The translations under genes were made by a program, and so were the position numbers. Under the pieces are notes generated by a model that made no database searches, was not told where the DNA came from, and saw only the letters and a program-made list of their open reading frames with translations. Below are positions 1 through 20,114 of a DNA stretch of 64,000 bases, in pieces; positions within the stretch are counted from its first letter, which is position 1, and each line of letters begins with the position of its first letter. Where the stretch lies: assembly GCA_051294905.1 (NCBI GenBank), contig CM119372.1:14570001-14634000 (forward strand), read 5' to 3'. This DNA comes from Botryllus schlosseri. Taxonomy: Eukaryota.

Positions 1-971
1 ACATTACGCATTAAAGTACAAATATTGTCTACCATGTCAACCATGTCATTTGACTGTCTATGATTCACGATGAGCAGACAAATGGGCTGTCTACAACGGT
101 AGGCCTATAAAGTATAGGCTACATGCTGTGAAACGTCGAATAAGTTCACCGAAAATGCAAACATCAACGACACCAACGAAATGCAGGTTGCAAAATTTTT
201 GTGACTTTATAAACAATTTTGACAATTTTTTGACCTAACGCTACAATTTTAACAAAATTTGTAACAGTTCATAACATGACCACTCGCGATTTCGGTGTGT
301 ATAGCAAGCCGATATGAAAAAAATGATTAGTCCAGAGTTCACCGGAAATGGAGATGAACATAACATGGGTATTTGGCGTCCAGTTTGTTGATTACGATTA
401 CGTCCTGGAATGCGGCCGTGAATATCAAAAAGGTTGGCCATCCGTGCAATACAGAGACGCCGTTATGCACTTACCATAAGTAAGAAGCTGACTTGGACAC
501 CGCATACTAATGAAGAACACCTTCGATGCAAATTTGCAAACGGAATCTATTTTTCGGAAGCACAGCGAAACTCTACCTATAAACGATATGCATAAGAAAC
601 TCATTCACGTCTACTAACTCGCAGAGTGAAACCAGTCCACCAATGTTAGAACTTTTAAGTTGATAGAAAAAATACGAAAATTGAAGGCAAAGTCGCATTG
701 GCAGCATAGGAACCTGAGCTTTCTACTTAACCTTCGCATGAAGAGAACGTGCTTGCTGTTAAATTTATTCATAAATCGTACCCGACGTAAGTAAAAGAGG
801 ATGATTGCAACCTCAGAAATCATGGAATGATACAGTGGGTCATGATAGGCAATACAAATAATTTATTTAAATTAATCTGCTATAGGGAACATTAGTCGCT
901 AATACTTTCTTGGGAACTCAACGGTTAACGGAGAATAATTGAAGATGAACGGAAGTTGGTGCGACCAGTGG

Positions 972-9536
<8,565 letters not shown>

Positions 9537-10829
9537 GATCAAATTTATCTGTGAAGGAGTGCTATAAAATTACCGAATCAAACGATTAAAGCATCGAATA
9601 CGTCACGTAGACCCGGCCCTTCATGAAAGAATAATCAATAGAAATACATATTCAAAACAGTCGAGTATGTAACGGACGCAATGTCAAGAGGACATGAAAA
9701 TGTATTACCTCGAATAGGGGCCATACATACAGTGGATGATTAAGTGCTAGATAATAAGTAACCAATTCATGCTTTGAAAGAAACAATGTTTAACTCTATA
9801 TGACTAGCTTCAAACTTCACTCCTCTAAAACCAATACTCACAGTAAATTTTCAATCGGTAAAAAACAGAATTGAGTTCAATTGCACAGTATAACAGATGG
9901 TAAGATATTGTTAAAATAGGGCAACTAACTATGGTTATCGTCTTTTGACACAGTATTCCTGATGATTCCCGATTTATCGCACAACAGCATAGGCTTGGCT
10001 TTCCTTCATATTCTTCTATTCTCATCACTTTATTCCAGCGTCTCTCTATGCAATACACTCTTCTTGAAAATTGATAGTTGTTGATCACATGCACTTGCAA
10101 AAGGCTTCAAAGTCCATTTCTATTCCCGGCAATACGAAACAGTTTTGTTGAATAGGTCACAATTGACAACATATTGTCTTCAAGCGACGAACATCTCTGC
10201 GGTACTGATCACATGATTGGTGCAGTTCAGATATCAGCAGCAACATAGCCACGGATTGACGATCACAAAGACGGACCTTCAAGACGTAGCCTACAGCTTC
10301 AAATGCTGCGCCTTTGCTTTGACGGCTCTTCATTCATTTGAGTAGACCACAGACGGTCGATCCCATTGCACCATTTTGCAATGGTTTAGTGATGGCGCCA
10401 TTTCAGCGATGGCGTGCCATTTCACTATTTCTATACATTTTTCAATGTATAGGTATTTGTATGTATCCATTTGTAATGCATACATATTGTACACGATACC
10501 GTATTCTATGTTTTCCTAGAAAGGAAAATTCCAAAGAAATTACACACGGCAATGTGTACAATGTAAAATATAACCGGCTGCTACATATCGTTTACATGAT
10601 ACGGAATAGCACAGAATAAAATCAAACAAAAAGCCCACAACCTAAAATCACGGGCTCGTGCTTCGTAGGATTGTCGAGGCGGACAACAATTGCCGTGAGT
10701 CTGAAAATTGCAATTTCGCCCATGCGCAAATCCACACGGCCAGAAAAGCAACTAAGATCTTTTTGTAGAACCGACAATGCGTGTTCGTCAAACATGTTTG
10801 GCATGCAGTCAACACAACATGATCTACTT

Positions 10830-11435
10830 TTAATCGTTAATTTCCGCCATGTATACATCCAATTCCGCATTCATTGCACTTTTAGTCTTATTCATGTAGC
10901 TGTCGAGTTGTTCATCCAGTTTTTGCTTGTCCGCAGGTGGCTTCCTGGTTCCTACGCCTCTGCCTCGGCTGGCTCCCCTGCCACGTCCACGGCCTCGCCC
11001 TCTTCCGACCCCTCTTCCAAATCCACGGTATCCTCTTGGTGATCTTCCTCTCGAAAACCCGCGTCCTCTGCTACTAACAAAAGCACCTCGGCCATTGACA
11101 GCAGCGCCTCTTGTCATGATTCTACCCCGCTGAAAACGTCCGCGACCCCTTCCTCTCACAGATGCCCGTACCCCGCGGCCACGAGACGGCACAAAGCCCA
11201 GGCGATCCCTCACCGATCGCGTTTCCCTAATATCCAATTCAGCCGCAACCGACGGCCGACGTTCCATTTGCTGGGCCAGCCTTCTGTTCTTTGCGCTGGC
11301 AAACCTGTCGCTTGCGGCCTGCGCTCGAATGGTGGCCGGTGTTGCGGCGGGTCGGCTTTTCATGATACCCGAAAAACGGTCGTTCAGACTTATCTTGGTG
11401 GAGTTCTTCAAAATAATTTTGGCCGGCGCTGACAT
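10830..11435 (-). CDS. CHTOP: Chromatin target of PRMT1 (CHTOP/FOP), 201 aa, intronless CDS
   Basis: The N-terminus KIILKNSTKISLNDRF...ASAKNRRLAQQMERRPSV, the central RG/RGG-rich GAR region and the C-terminal duplicated FoP motif KQKLDEQLDSYMNKTKSAMNAELDVYM match the CHTOP family. A splice acceptor (ctctcgctag) lies 12 nt upstream of the ATG, at 11448-11450. Confidence 0.95.
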   Translation of the reverse strand: MSAPAKIILKNSTKISLNDRFSGIMKSRPAATPATIRAQAASDRFASAKNRRLAQQMERRPSVAAELDIRETRSVRDRLGFVPSRGRGVRASVRGRGRGRFQRGRIMTRGAAVNGRGAFVSSRGRGFSRGRSPRGYRGFGRGVGRGRGRGRGRGASRGRGVGTRKPPADKQKLDEQLDSYMNKTKSAMNAELDVYMAEIND

Positions 11436-11521
11436 TTTGATTTTAACCTAGCGAGAGCTGCAACGCTACTGTGTTAAATTAAATAGGGCTGTAATTTTTT
11501 CAGATATAGATGCGTCAAGAG

Positions 11522-13365
11522 CAGTGGTTCCCAACCTTTTTCGGTGGCAGGGCCAAATTTAGAATTTCAGAGTACGGTGGGGGCCGCACGAATACCAGGG
11601 CAATGAAAGGACCCAAAATAGTCACCAAAATATGAAAATTGGCATTGCTCCGATCATTCGCTTGACGCCATTGGCGATTGTGTTGTCGCACTCCCGTTGT
11701 TCAGAACAATCAACCTTTGCTGGCTGTTTCGGAGTAGTTTTATTGCCCTGGCGAGATTTCAATTCGTATTTTTGGAATCAGTGCGGCACTTGCTTTCGAT
11801 AAACACCGACATATCAAATTATTCGGACGTATGGGTCGCGAGCTATAGGACTACCAATTATGCTGCTTTTTGCCGGCTAAGCAGTACGCATCTCGGCGTA
11901 TTCAATCATGAGTCACTTGTTGCACATCTATCCGTAAATTAGTTATCAATACCCAGGGCCGTAACAGCACTTCGTCAGCCCCCCCCCCCCCCCCCAAACG
12001 TTGCTCTTGGGCCCCCATAGGGTGATAAACCTAACTTCGAAGCCCCCCAGACCCCCTCAGGCTAGATGGCTGTTTACCGCTATTTATCATCTAAATCGGG
12101 TGTCCGTTTGAGGCAGCTTCTCTCGACTAATCGCGCCAAGCGCGAAAAAGTTCTGTAATTCATGATTGAATCGGTCAATATAATCGGGAATTGCATATAT
12201 ATTGGTATCAATTTTTATCCTCTCTCTGCTCACGTAATCAGATTGACCGAATGAGCCGAGTGAGTTGTGTCGGCAGGAACGAAACAGCACTTCGTCAGGC
12301 CCCCCAAAAGACTTAGGTCTTGAGCTCCCATAGGGTGATAAACCGACTCCCCCGTCTCGTTGTTCGCATCTGCCACGAAATCAGGATCCCCGTTTAGTGA
12401 GCCAGCGTGGAGCGCGAAAATTTTCGATAATTCAAAATAAAATAGCTCAGTAAGATCGGGAATTGCATATGTATTGCTATCAATTGCTTGTCCTCTCTGC
12501 TCATGTAATCAGATTTACCGGTAGAGCTGAGTGAGGTGTCTTGGAAACTGTAGGGCCCGTGAATAATAATTAAACATATTCGGACAGGCGGACCCGTTGG
12601 TACGACTTCGTTACATGATGTTATTTGATTATTTCGTGACCTCCAGTCTGCTATATCAAAAAATATAGAATCGCCCAAACGTACTAAACTAAAAGATGCA
12701 CACGATTTCGAATTGGTAGGCTATAGTTTCTCACTGGCATATAATTCTTCCCTGCGGGATGGTAGCCTATTTGTCTCATGAGGTTCGGATTGCCAAGACA
12801 GGAACATTCGGCGCCAGTCATTTAGGCGCCTATGGTCAAGTATACCTATCTGTATCTTTTATAAACATAACAAAGTTTTCGGTCAGCGTAAGGGCAGTTC
12901 ATTTCGGCCAAGGTTTTCGATCGTTCTGGCACACTTCTTGGAGTCGCATGTTATATGGCCTAAAACTTTATATGTCTTCGTGCGTCGTGGCGCGGTAATG
13001 GCCAACGCCGATATGCCCACTTCTATAAATCTTGCGTATTTTATCTTGGTGGAAAAGTACCCAATAATTAAGGCCCAATAATTAAGGTACTTGGAAACTT
13101 GAAATCGCACGCAGCGCGAAAGATTTTTGAATATTATGCATAAAATTTCATAAAATACTCTATAATTTATGCTAATTCACTAAATAATTTTGGGCCCCCT
13201 TCGAGCTCGCTCCCCTCAATTTCCTGCAATCCTAATTGAAAACTCCAGATTTCAAGCCAAGCAAGAGTATTTTATAAATATAATTTTTTTGACATAAATC
13301 GATTTCTCAATATTTTTGTGGGGGCCGCAAGAAGGCTAGCTGGGGGCCGCGGTTGGGAATCACTG
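11522..13365 (+). mobile_element. hAT (Charlie/Buster-like) non-autonomous element family D with a nested insertion
   Basis: TIR CAGTGGTTCCCAAC...GTTGGGAATCACTG; perfect TSD GTCAAGAG (11514-11521 and 13366-13373). Confidence 0.88.
11954..13215 (+). mobile_element. Family E element (CAGGGCCGTAAC end), right terminus missing, nested in family D
   Basis: Collinear similarity over about 1.2 kb with 59827-61130; internal duplicated sub-block starting CAGCACTTCGTCAG(G)CCCC near 11965 and 12285. The end coordinate is approximate. Confidence 0.8.
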
Positions 13366-13381
13366 GTCAAGAGGATCGATT

Positions 13382-13880
13382 CAAGGTTGTAATGACTCGA
13401 CTAAAGTCACAATTTGACTTGAGTCATTTCTTAAAGATGGAAAAAGATACAACTCCCAGTCAGTTTGTGCATTGACCCAACTTGTCATCGAGTCATTGCG
13501 TATGACTCGTCCAAGTCATATGACATGAGACATTCTATTATGACAGAAGTCTCATATATAAGGACTGGTAATTGAAAAATAGGCCAAGACACCGTCATTT
13601 ATCTGTTCGGATAAACATGTTGAGAGTGAAAATAATGAGTAGACTATATTGTGAATGTGAGGCCTTCGATAGGCGTATCACTTAAAAGTTTCAAAAAAGC
13701 GAGTTGAACTGATTCGAATTTTGAACACAATGACTTGGACTCGAGTCACACACACTATGACTCGATGCTTGCTCCCCGATTTAGATTCGGACTTGACTCG
13801 TGGTGAATTGAAAATGACTCGACCCGGCTCGAGTCCAAACTATAAAAGGATGATCGACTTGTGACTTGGTTACAACCATG
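13382..13880 (-). mobile_element. hAT-type MITE family A, inverted copy
   Basis: Ends CAAGGTTGTAATGACTCG...GTGACTTGGTTACAACCATG; flanks GATCGATT / GATCGATA (7/8 TSD). Confidence 0.8.
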
Positions 13881-14489
13881 GATCGATACAAATATGCTTG
13901 CAGTAACTAGTGATGGAGTACGATTTCTATCAACCATTGACATATTCAATACTCATTTTTTATCAGCAACCGGAAATTGAGCTTAATGTTCCTTTGCAAG
14001 CAACAAATGATGACGTACCATGTCAACATGCATTTCAAAACGGAGTAAATGAATCAAATCTCACTAGCCTACATACTGGTCACTGGTGTTTAGTTTGCTA
14101 TTCGAAATCGAATTCAAAACTTATTCGACTCATTATTCTCATCCTACATCCGGCCGACCCGGCTCGAGTCAAAACTATAAAAGGAGGATTGACTTGTGAC
14201 TTGGTTACAACCATGGATCGATACAAAATATGCTTGTACAGTAACTAGTGATGGAGTACGATTTCTATCAACCATTGACATATTCAATACTCATATTTTA
14301 TCAGCAACCTGAAATTGAGCTTAATGTTCCTTTGCAAGCAACAAATGATGACATACCATGTCAACATGCATTGCAAAACGGAGTAAACGATTCAAATCTC
14401 ACTAGCCTACATACTGGTCACTGGTGTTTAGTTTGCTATTCAAAATCGAATTCAAAACTTATTCGACTCATTATTCTCATCCTACATCC
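13821..14489. repeat. Tandem duplication of about 335-338 bp (MITE end plus unique flank)
   Basis: 13821-14151 is near-identical to 14156-14489. This explains the twin ORFs 13910-14248 and 14248-14625. Confidence 0.92.
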
Positions 14490-15869
14490 TCAGCACCACA
14501 TTTTAACATGCACTGATATTATATTTTCAATTAATTTACACTGCTGCATGAACCAATCCAAATCACCAGAGACCAGGTATCTAAGTCCCTTCTTCGGCAG
14601 TTTTCAAACATTTTTTACCGATTAATTGTCACGTATAGCTTGGCCTAGGGGTTAGTATTATAGCTTTGGTGAGCTCTGAAACTCTGGTTATGGATAATTC
14701 AGAAGCTGCCTTATTGATGCACATTAGTCAGCAAAACCCGTTAAAGTAACTAGTAAACCTGTATCCTAATCTCAACCAAATTTAATCCGAACCTCGTAAG
14801 CAAAGAATGTCTTGGAACAATCAAGACTAACAGAGCCATAGCTGGACCGGACGACACATACTGTAAGCTGTTACAAATTACAACCATTTGGTAAATTTTA
14901 TGAATTCGTTTCAAGCTGACTCATACTTGATTCCTACTAGATTCCTATTTCCAGACCCTGGTTCATCCCACATAATACCGATAGCAATATGATATACCCA
15001 AAGGCGGAAGTCGACCAGACTACAATTACTGATATCAGTATCACACAGCATGCCAAGTGTACGTGTACAATACATGTACAGTTGTACACTGTACAGTGTA
15101 CACCTACCTCTACCGACCAGTCGACGACCTGAAGTTAGCATATAGGCCTACTGCTAGTTAGTTATTAGGACTAAATGGAATTACTAGCTCGGTACGCATT
15201 GTATGGGAATTAGTATCATTCTATTCTCTCCCATTTCCAATGCAAAACTCATCGTACCGGCAGCAGTTTCTAAACTGCTGACAAGCGGAAGCGCCAATAA
15301 GCCAACCAAAAGCACAGCTTCTCCAGCTTCTTAGCCACTCTCATAGCATAGTATAATGTGATCAATACCGTTCTACAGTTATGCGATTGCTAGCTGTCCG
15401 CTGTCCATGCAAAAGAAATAACTATATGGCGAAATAATAAGTCTACGGTGGCGCTGACGATTATATTCATCATTGATTTCGGCATTGCGCTTTTCAGTTA
15501 TTTCATTCCGCCGGAATCTTGTAACAGATACGCCTGACTGACTCGGTACAGCTGGCGTAATTTTTGTGTGGCGGCAGCATACCTACCCAGTACCCATCCT
15601 CTTTAGCAGGCAGTGGTGCCACTCCTTGTGTTTTTACACTAGATTTAGTGTATTTTGACTTGACCTAGTGTTACAGCATAGTCGTTATAGTGTATCTATT
15701 ATCAAAATTCTGCAAATTATTTTGATGTGTTTTGCATATACTTTGACTAATAATTATTACTATGCGTCTACACCTCTTGATTTAGCACAAGAACAAACCC
15801 CATAGGTAGATTGCCTTGCTGCCGCTCACGACACCTTCCCGACACGTCCGACAGTCGTCGACCATGTCT

Positions 15870-16667
15870 GCATTCGAGTCACATTGCAAAAATGACTTGA
15901 CTTGACTCGGCGCTTCAGAAATGTGGATTGACTCGTGACTCGGAGCAAAAATTATTAGTCAATTTCAAGTCTTCAAGTAAACAGAGTCGATTAAATAACC
16001 GTATCTTATGTATGTTCTGATTGTTCGCGATACGCTGGTGTCACTTGTGAGAACAACCAGAGATTCACTGATTAAACGTTTCACTGGTCCTCCATTGTTG
16101 CATCACAAATAGATTGACCACAAACGAATTGATCATGCTTACGTTGTCGTAGCGTAGTAGATTAATCTAATCGCAACGGATCTCTGTTTCTGGGACAGCT
16201 CAGCTTTACTAATCATCTTGTATAATTTAAATCGAACGAATACAGTTTATGCGTTTATATTCTCATGAATGTATAGATGGGTAATGTATTGTACCATATC
16301 AATTTGTATCAACTTCTCGAGGCATGCAGCTATTATACAATTACGCAATCATGTATTTATTAGCAGTTCTATCTGTGCTTGAACGATTCAAAGCCTTTTT
16401 GCATGTATATTTAACTTTATATTCATTATTTGATTCAGGCATCTGTATTTCATACAGCTAGCAAAATGTAATGACTTTGAATGATTTCTCATACTTCGAA
16501 AATTCAATTTGACTTGAATTGTGACTTGACTCGTGACTTGACTTAACTTGACTCGACTTGACTCGAGTCTACTCCAAAAATTGAGTGACTTGACTTGACT
16601 CGAGTCAAAATGTGTAATGACTCGAGATGACTCGTGACTCGAAGGTAGTGACTTGATCCCAACACTG
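15870..16667 (-). mobile_element. MITE family B (CAGTGTTGGGAT end), one end truncated
   Basis: Reverse complement of 61346-62285; intact terminus GTGACTTGATCCCAACACTG at 16667. The left boundary is approximate. Confidence 0.8.
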
Positions 16668-17281
16668 GACAATGTTTATTTTGCATTGCCACATTTTCTC
16701 ACATTCCATTTTGAGGTCTGCGTATTTCGATTGTTTTTCTGGTTTTTTTTTATAATATAATTTGATCAGCTGTCTGATCTCAAAGACTACTCCAAGTCCT
16801 TTCGACTCCGCCTATCTTTTCATTGTGTCGCGGTTTTGTGATGTTTTGAAATGATGAAAGTATTAATAAACTGTACTGATACTGATACTGACCTTTTATA
16901 AATATAAAGGCGATGCGTATTGATATAAATAATATCATGTTTGGGAGTCCATTTTGAAGTTTACCAGGCCATGACTGGCAGTTTGTTATTCTGATCGTCA
17001 TGTCAAGTGGGAAGCAGCGTTTGGTTATATTCACATCACACACGATTTCTTGAGAGTAACGTGGGAAACCCAATACATAAATATATATACGGCAACCTAA
17101 TATCGTATGAATCCGTTTGGGCACATATTTTATCATCAGGCCGTATCATCGTAACAACTTTAATGAACATGACACTTATAGGCTATGGTACAGGACACAG
17201 TGGACTTGGAAACGACCAAAGCTACCACAGAACAAGATCGATCATCACGCGTCTAAAATTAACGATGCAAATATTACGTAC

Positions 17282-17500
17282 ATTAGGCTATATTGGTCTA
17301 GTGTGGTATAGCTAGTAGCGACCAAGATTTTGTACCCTTCGCGACTAATACTGTAAGACGCCCCGGCGTAACCGCTGCCATTACATAGTTGCAGATTAGC
17401 GGTTGGTGTAATTCCTTGCTTGAAACGCAAAATATGACAAAATTAAAAATCATTGGCACGCGAGTTGGTAATATTTTGACAATGCGCATGCGAAAGGTCC
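17282..17500 (-). promoter_or_regulatory. Candidate housekeeping promoter and non-coding first exon (possibly of CHTOP)
   Basis: NRF1-like palindrome TGCGCATGCG at 17483-17492 in a CpG-richer patch; minus-strand donor AAT|GTACGT at 17282/17281. The link to CHTOP is inference only. Confidence 0.3.
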
Positions 17501-17734
17501 CCGACGCCCGGACTAGATTTTACCCATCCCTTATAATAGGCAGTGCGGTAGGCAGTGCGGTAAACAAATTCGGCGTTAAAAATTACGGCATTTTTGAAAA
17601 GGAAAATGCCACGCTCAAAGCTACACGCGACTAAAAGACAAAGTTAAAACATTTTATAAGTGTGAATTGGTTAGTTAGCATACGCATAGTTAGTTATTTT
17701 TCTACCCTCTTCGTCATTTGATATTGGCTCAGAC

Positions 17735-18999
17735 CAGTGTTCAGATAAGTTCAGTCATTACTTAACTCGAGTCAGACTCGATTCAACATTTTCGTTTGAC
17801 TTGACTTGACTCGTGTCACTTTGCAAAAATGACTTGACTTGCCTCGGCGCTTCAGAAATGTGGTTTGACTCGTGACTCGGAGCAAATTTTACGAGTCAAT
17901 TTCAAGTCATCAAGTAAAGTGTAAACGGTACCGATTAAATCACTGTGTCTATATTGTATGTTGGGATCGTTCGCGATGCGCGGGTGTCACATGTGAGAGC
18001 AATCAGGCATTCACTGATCCTCCATTGTTACATCACAAAAAATAGACAACAAACGATATCGTCACAGTTTACGTAGCCGAAGTAGAAGCAATTGTAAATT
18101 AATCTAACAGTAACGTCTTCTTATACGACTCCGTGCTTGCATTGCGGAGAGCTCACTTTTACCAGCCCTGTTATATGATTCAAATCGAACAAATATAGTA
18201 TATGCGTTTATATTCTCACGTGTGTACCAAATCCATTTGTTTCAACTTTTCGGGGCTCCGTATTCGATTTTGGCTGACAAATAGCAGACTGTTGCATGTG
18301 GCTATATACAGTTCCTCACTATTTTCTAGAAGTTGTACGTGTACGTGAGCGACACAGCACCTTTTTGCATGTATATTCAACTTTGTATTCGTTACTCGAT
18401 TCAAGATTAATGACCAGCTAGCAAAACGTAATGACCTTGGATCATCTTCATCAATTGTACTTGGCAAATTTAATTGACTTATTGATTAATTCGAGTCACC
18501 TCCAGAAAACGAGCGACTAGACTCGATGAGTCACTTTCGCAAGCCGATTGGACTTGACTAAGAGTCCATATGTCCAGTATCCCGCCGGCCATCCGACAGT
18601 CGACGAGCATGTCCACATTCAAGTCGAAATACAAGCAATTACTACTAAATAAATACAGTCCATCCTCAAGATTACCGGACCACGACTGACCTATCGATCT
18701 CGCTTCCCATGACATGCCGCCCTATTTATTGTCGCTTTCTTTTTCTATACTATCTTCTTTACTTTCATTCAGAGTGCATGCCTCCTCTTTATATCGCCTA
18801 GGCCAAGGTGGGTGTCAGATTCCATAGACTGCTCCTTGTCGCTTCGACACCTTCCTGTCTTTTCATTGTATCGCATTTTTTGTGGTGTATTGAACTGATA
18901 AAATTGCTAATAAACCAATGATGAATGATGATGATGATGATATGTCCATGACTCGGGATCACTCGTGGCTCGAGGGTAGTGATTCAAATCGCAAAACTG
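17735..18999 (-). mobile_element. MITE family B, older copy interrupted by a LINE fragment
   Basis: Similar to 15870-16667 and 61346-62285; degenerate termini CAGTGTTCAGAT and ...AAAACTG. Confidence 0.75.
18577..18939 (+). mobile_element. CR1/L2-clade LINE 3' fragment
   Basis: Near-identical to the 3' part of 39416-39858; AATAAA followed by a (TGA)n tail; TSD ATATGTCCA (18568-18576 and 18940-18948). Confidence 0.85.
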
Positions 19000-20114
19000 T
19001 CTCGACTAAATGGCTTGAGAGCAATTAGCCTAAAAATATTTACGGCTCCACAACACTCGATTAACACTTGTCAGCCTGCTGCAAAATGTTCCAGTGGGTC
19101 AAACTTCGCACACCCTGGTTCAAGACTGGACGGAAGGAACTGTTGCTATCCTAAGCAGGTGTAACCCCTTAGCAGGTGTAACCCCTAAACAGGTGTAACC
19201 TAGGTCACATTTCCAGCTGACTTCCGACTGCCCACCAGATAACAGTATTCGGTTTGTAGGAACGTATATTCTAGGAATACTTCCTACGAAAGCAGCAATT
19301 TACATAATTATTAAATAGCGACAATGAATATGTATCCGCGTGTTCATGCTCAATGCTCCGGAGGTAGCATTCGCTCCCGACTTTCAGTCCTTCTCAATCG
19401 GAATATCCGTCCGAGGCGACCGCGCAGCCCCTCGCTCGTAGTCGAACCTGCATTCAACAGAATCACTATTTCCACGTCATTCGAGATACTCAGCTAATAC
19501 CATACTGAATTTTAGGGTGCTGGAGTGACCTGTCCAGTGCTGTACTGAATCTTAGAGTGCTGGAGTTAATTGGCATTCAACCTTCCGTAGAAACAGGTAT
19601 ACAGATTTTCCGACAGAGATAACAAGAACTTGCGTTGGCACGGTCGTTGGAATGGGCGACCATCTAGGTTGGCAACTGTCCTTAACGAGATACCTCCGCC
19701 GTTTGTAGCGGTACATAGGACTCTTCTACTTTATACTTAGGACTGTTCTACTTCACTACATTATTCTTAAACCTAGCATCAGGTCGAAGAATGCAAGTTT
19801 GATACAACTAGAATACGCCATTATCAACGAAACGAATTCATTTCAGCAACTGCACATTTTTGCGGTGTTCGTCTGCAAGATGTGCCTTTTAAAAGTACCA
19901 CATTACCGCGCGACTTCCAAGAACTCCTTGGGTAATTTTTTCAACTTCCTCGACAGTCCACTTCTACTTGGTATAAGCTACTTCTACTTGCAACAGGTAC
20001 AAATTTCACCAGTCGTACACTCGTACTTGCAGCAACGGTACCAATTTCCCGCCTTTTTAATTAGCGATGGCAACGGGTTATGCACCAATAGCACTATATA
20101 ACAACCCAACAGAT

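Noticed and set aside
241-823. Exon-like segments with GT/AG sites beyond the ALDH3 stop (for example about 474-576, ending ATG|GTAAGT) as an alternative TM-type C-terminus or another gene
   Set aside because: No phase-consistent chain giving a recognisable protein could be built. This is probably 3' UTR or intergenic DNA, or a gene continuing off the window.
10671-11133. Plus-strand Pro/Ser-rich ORFs
   Set aside because: Antisense shadows of the GC-rich RGG region of CHTOP.
13910-14625. Twin 112/125-aa ORFs as a duplicated gene pair
   Set aside because: Explained by the tandem duplication. The first ORF runs into MITE sequence and neither has a recognisable domain.
17245-17430. GSGYAG...GYKILV resembling an FAD-binding Rossmann start
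   Set aside because: Helix spacing is two residues short, the terminal acidic residue is missing and no downstream exons were found.
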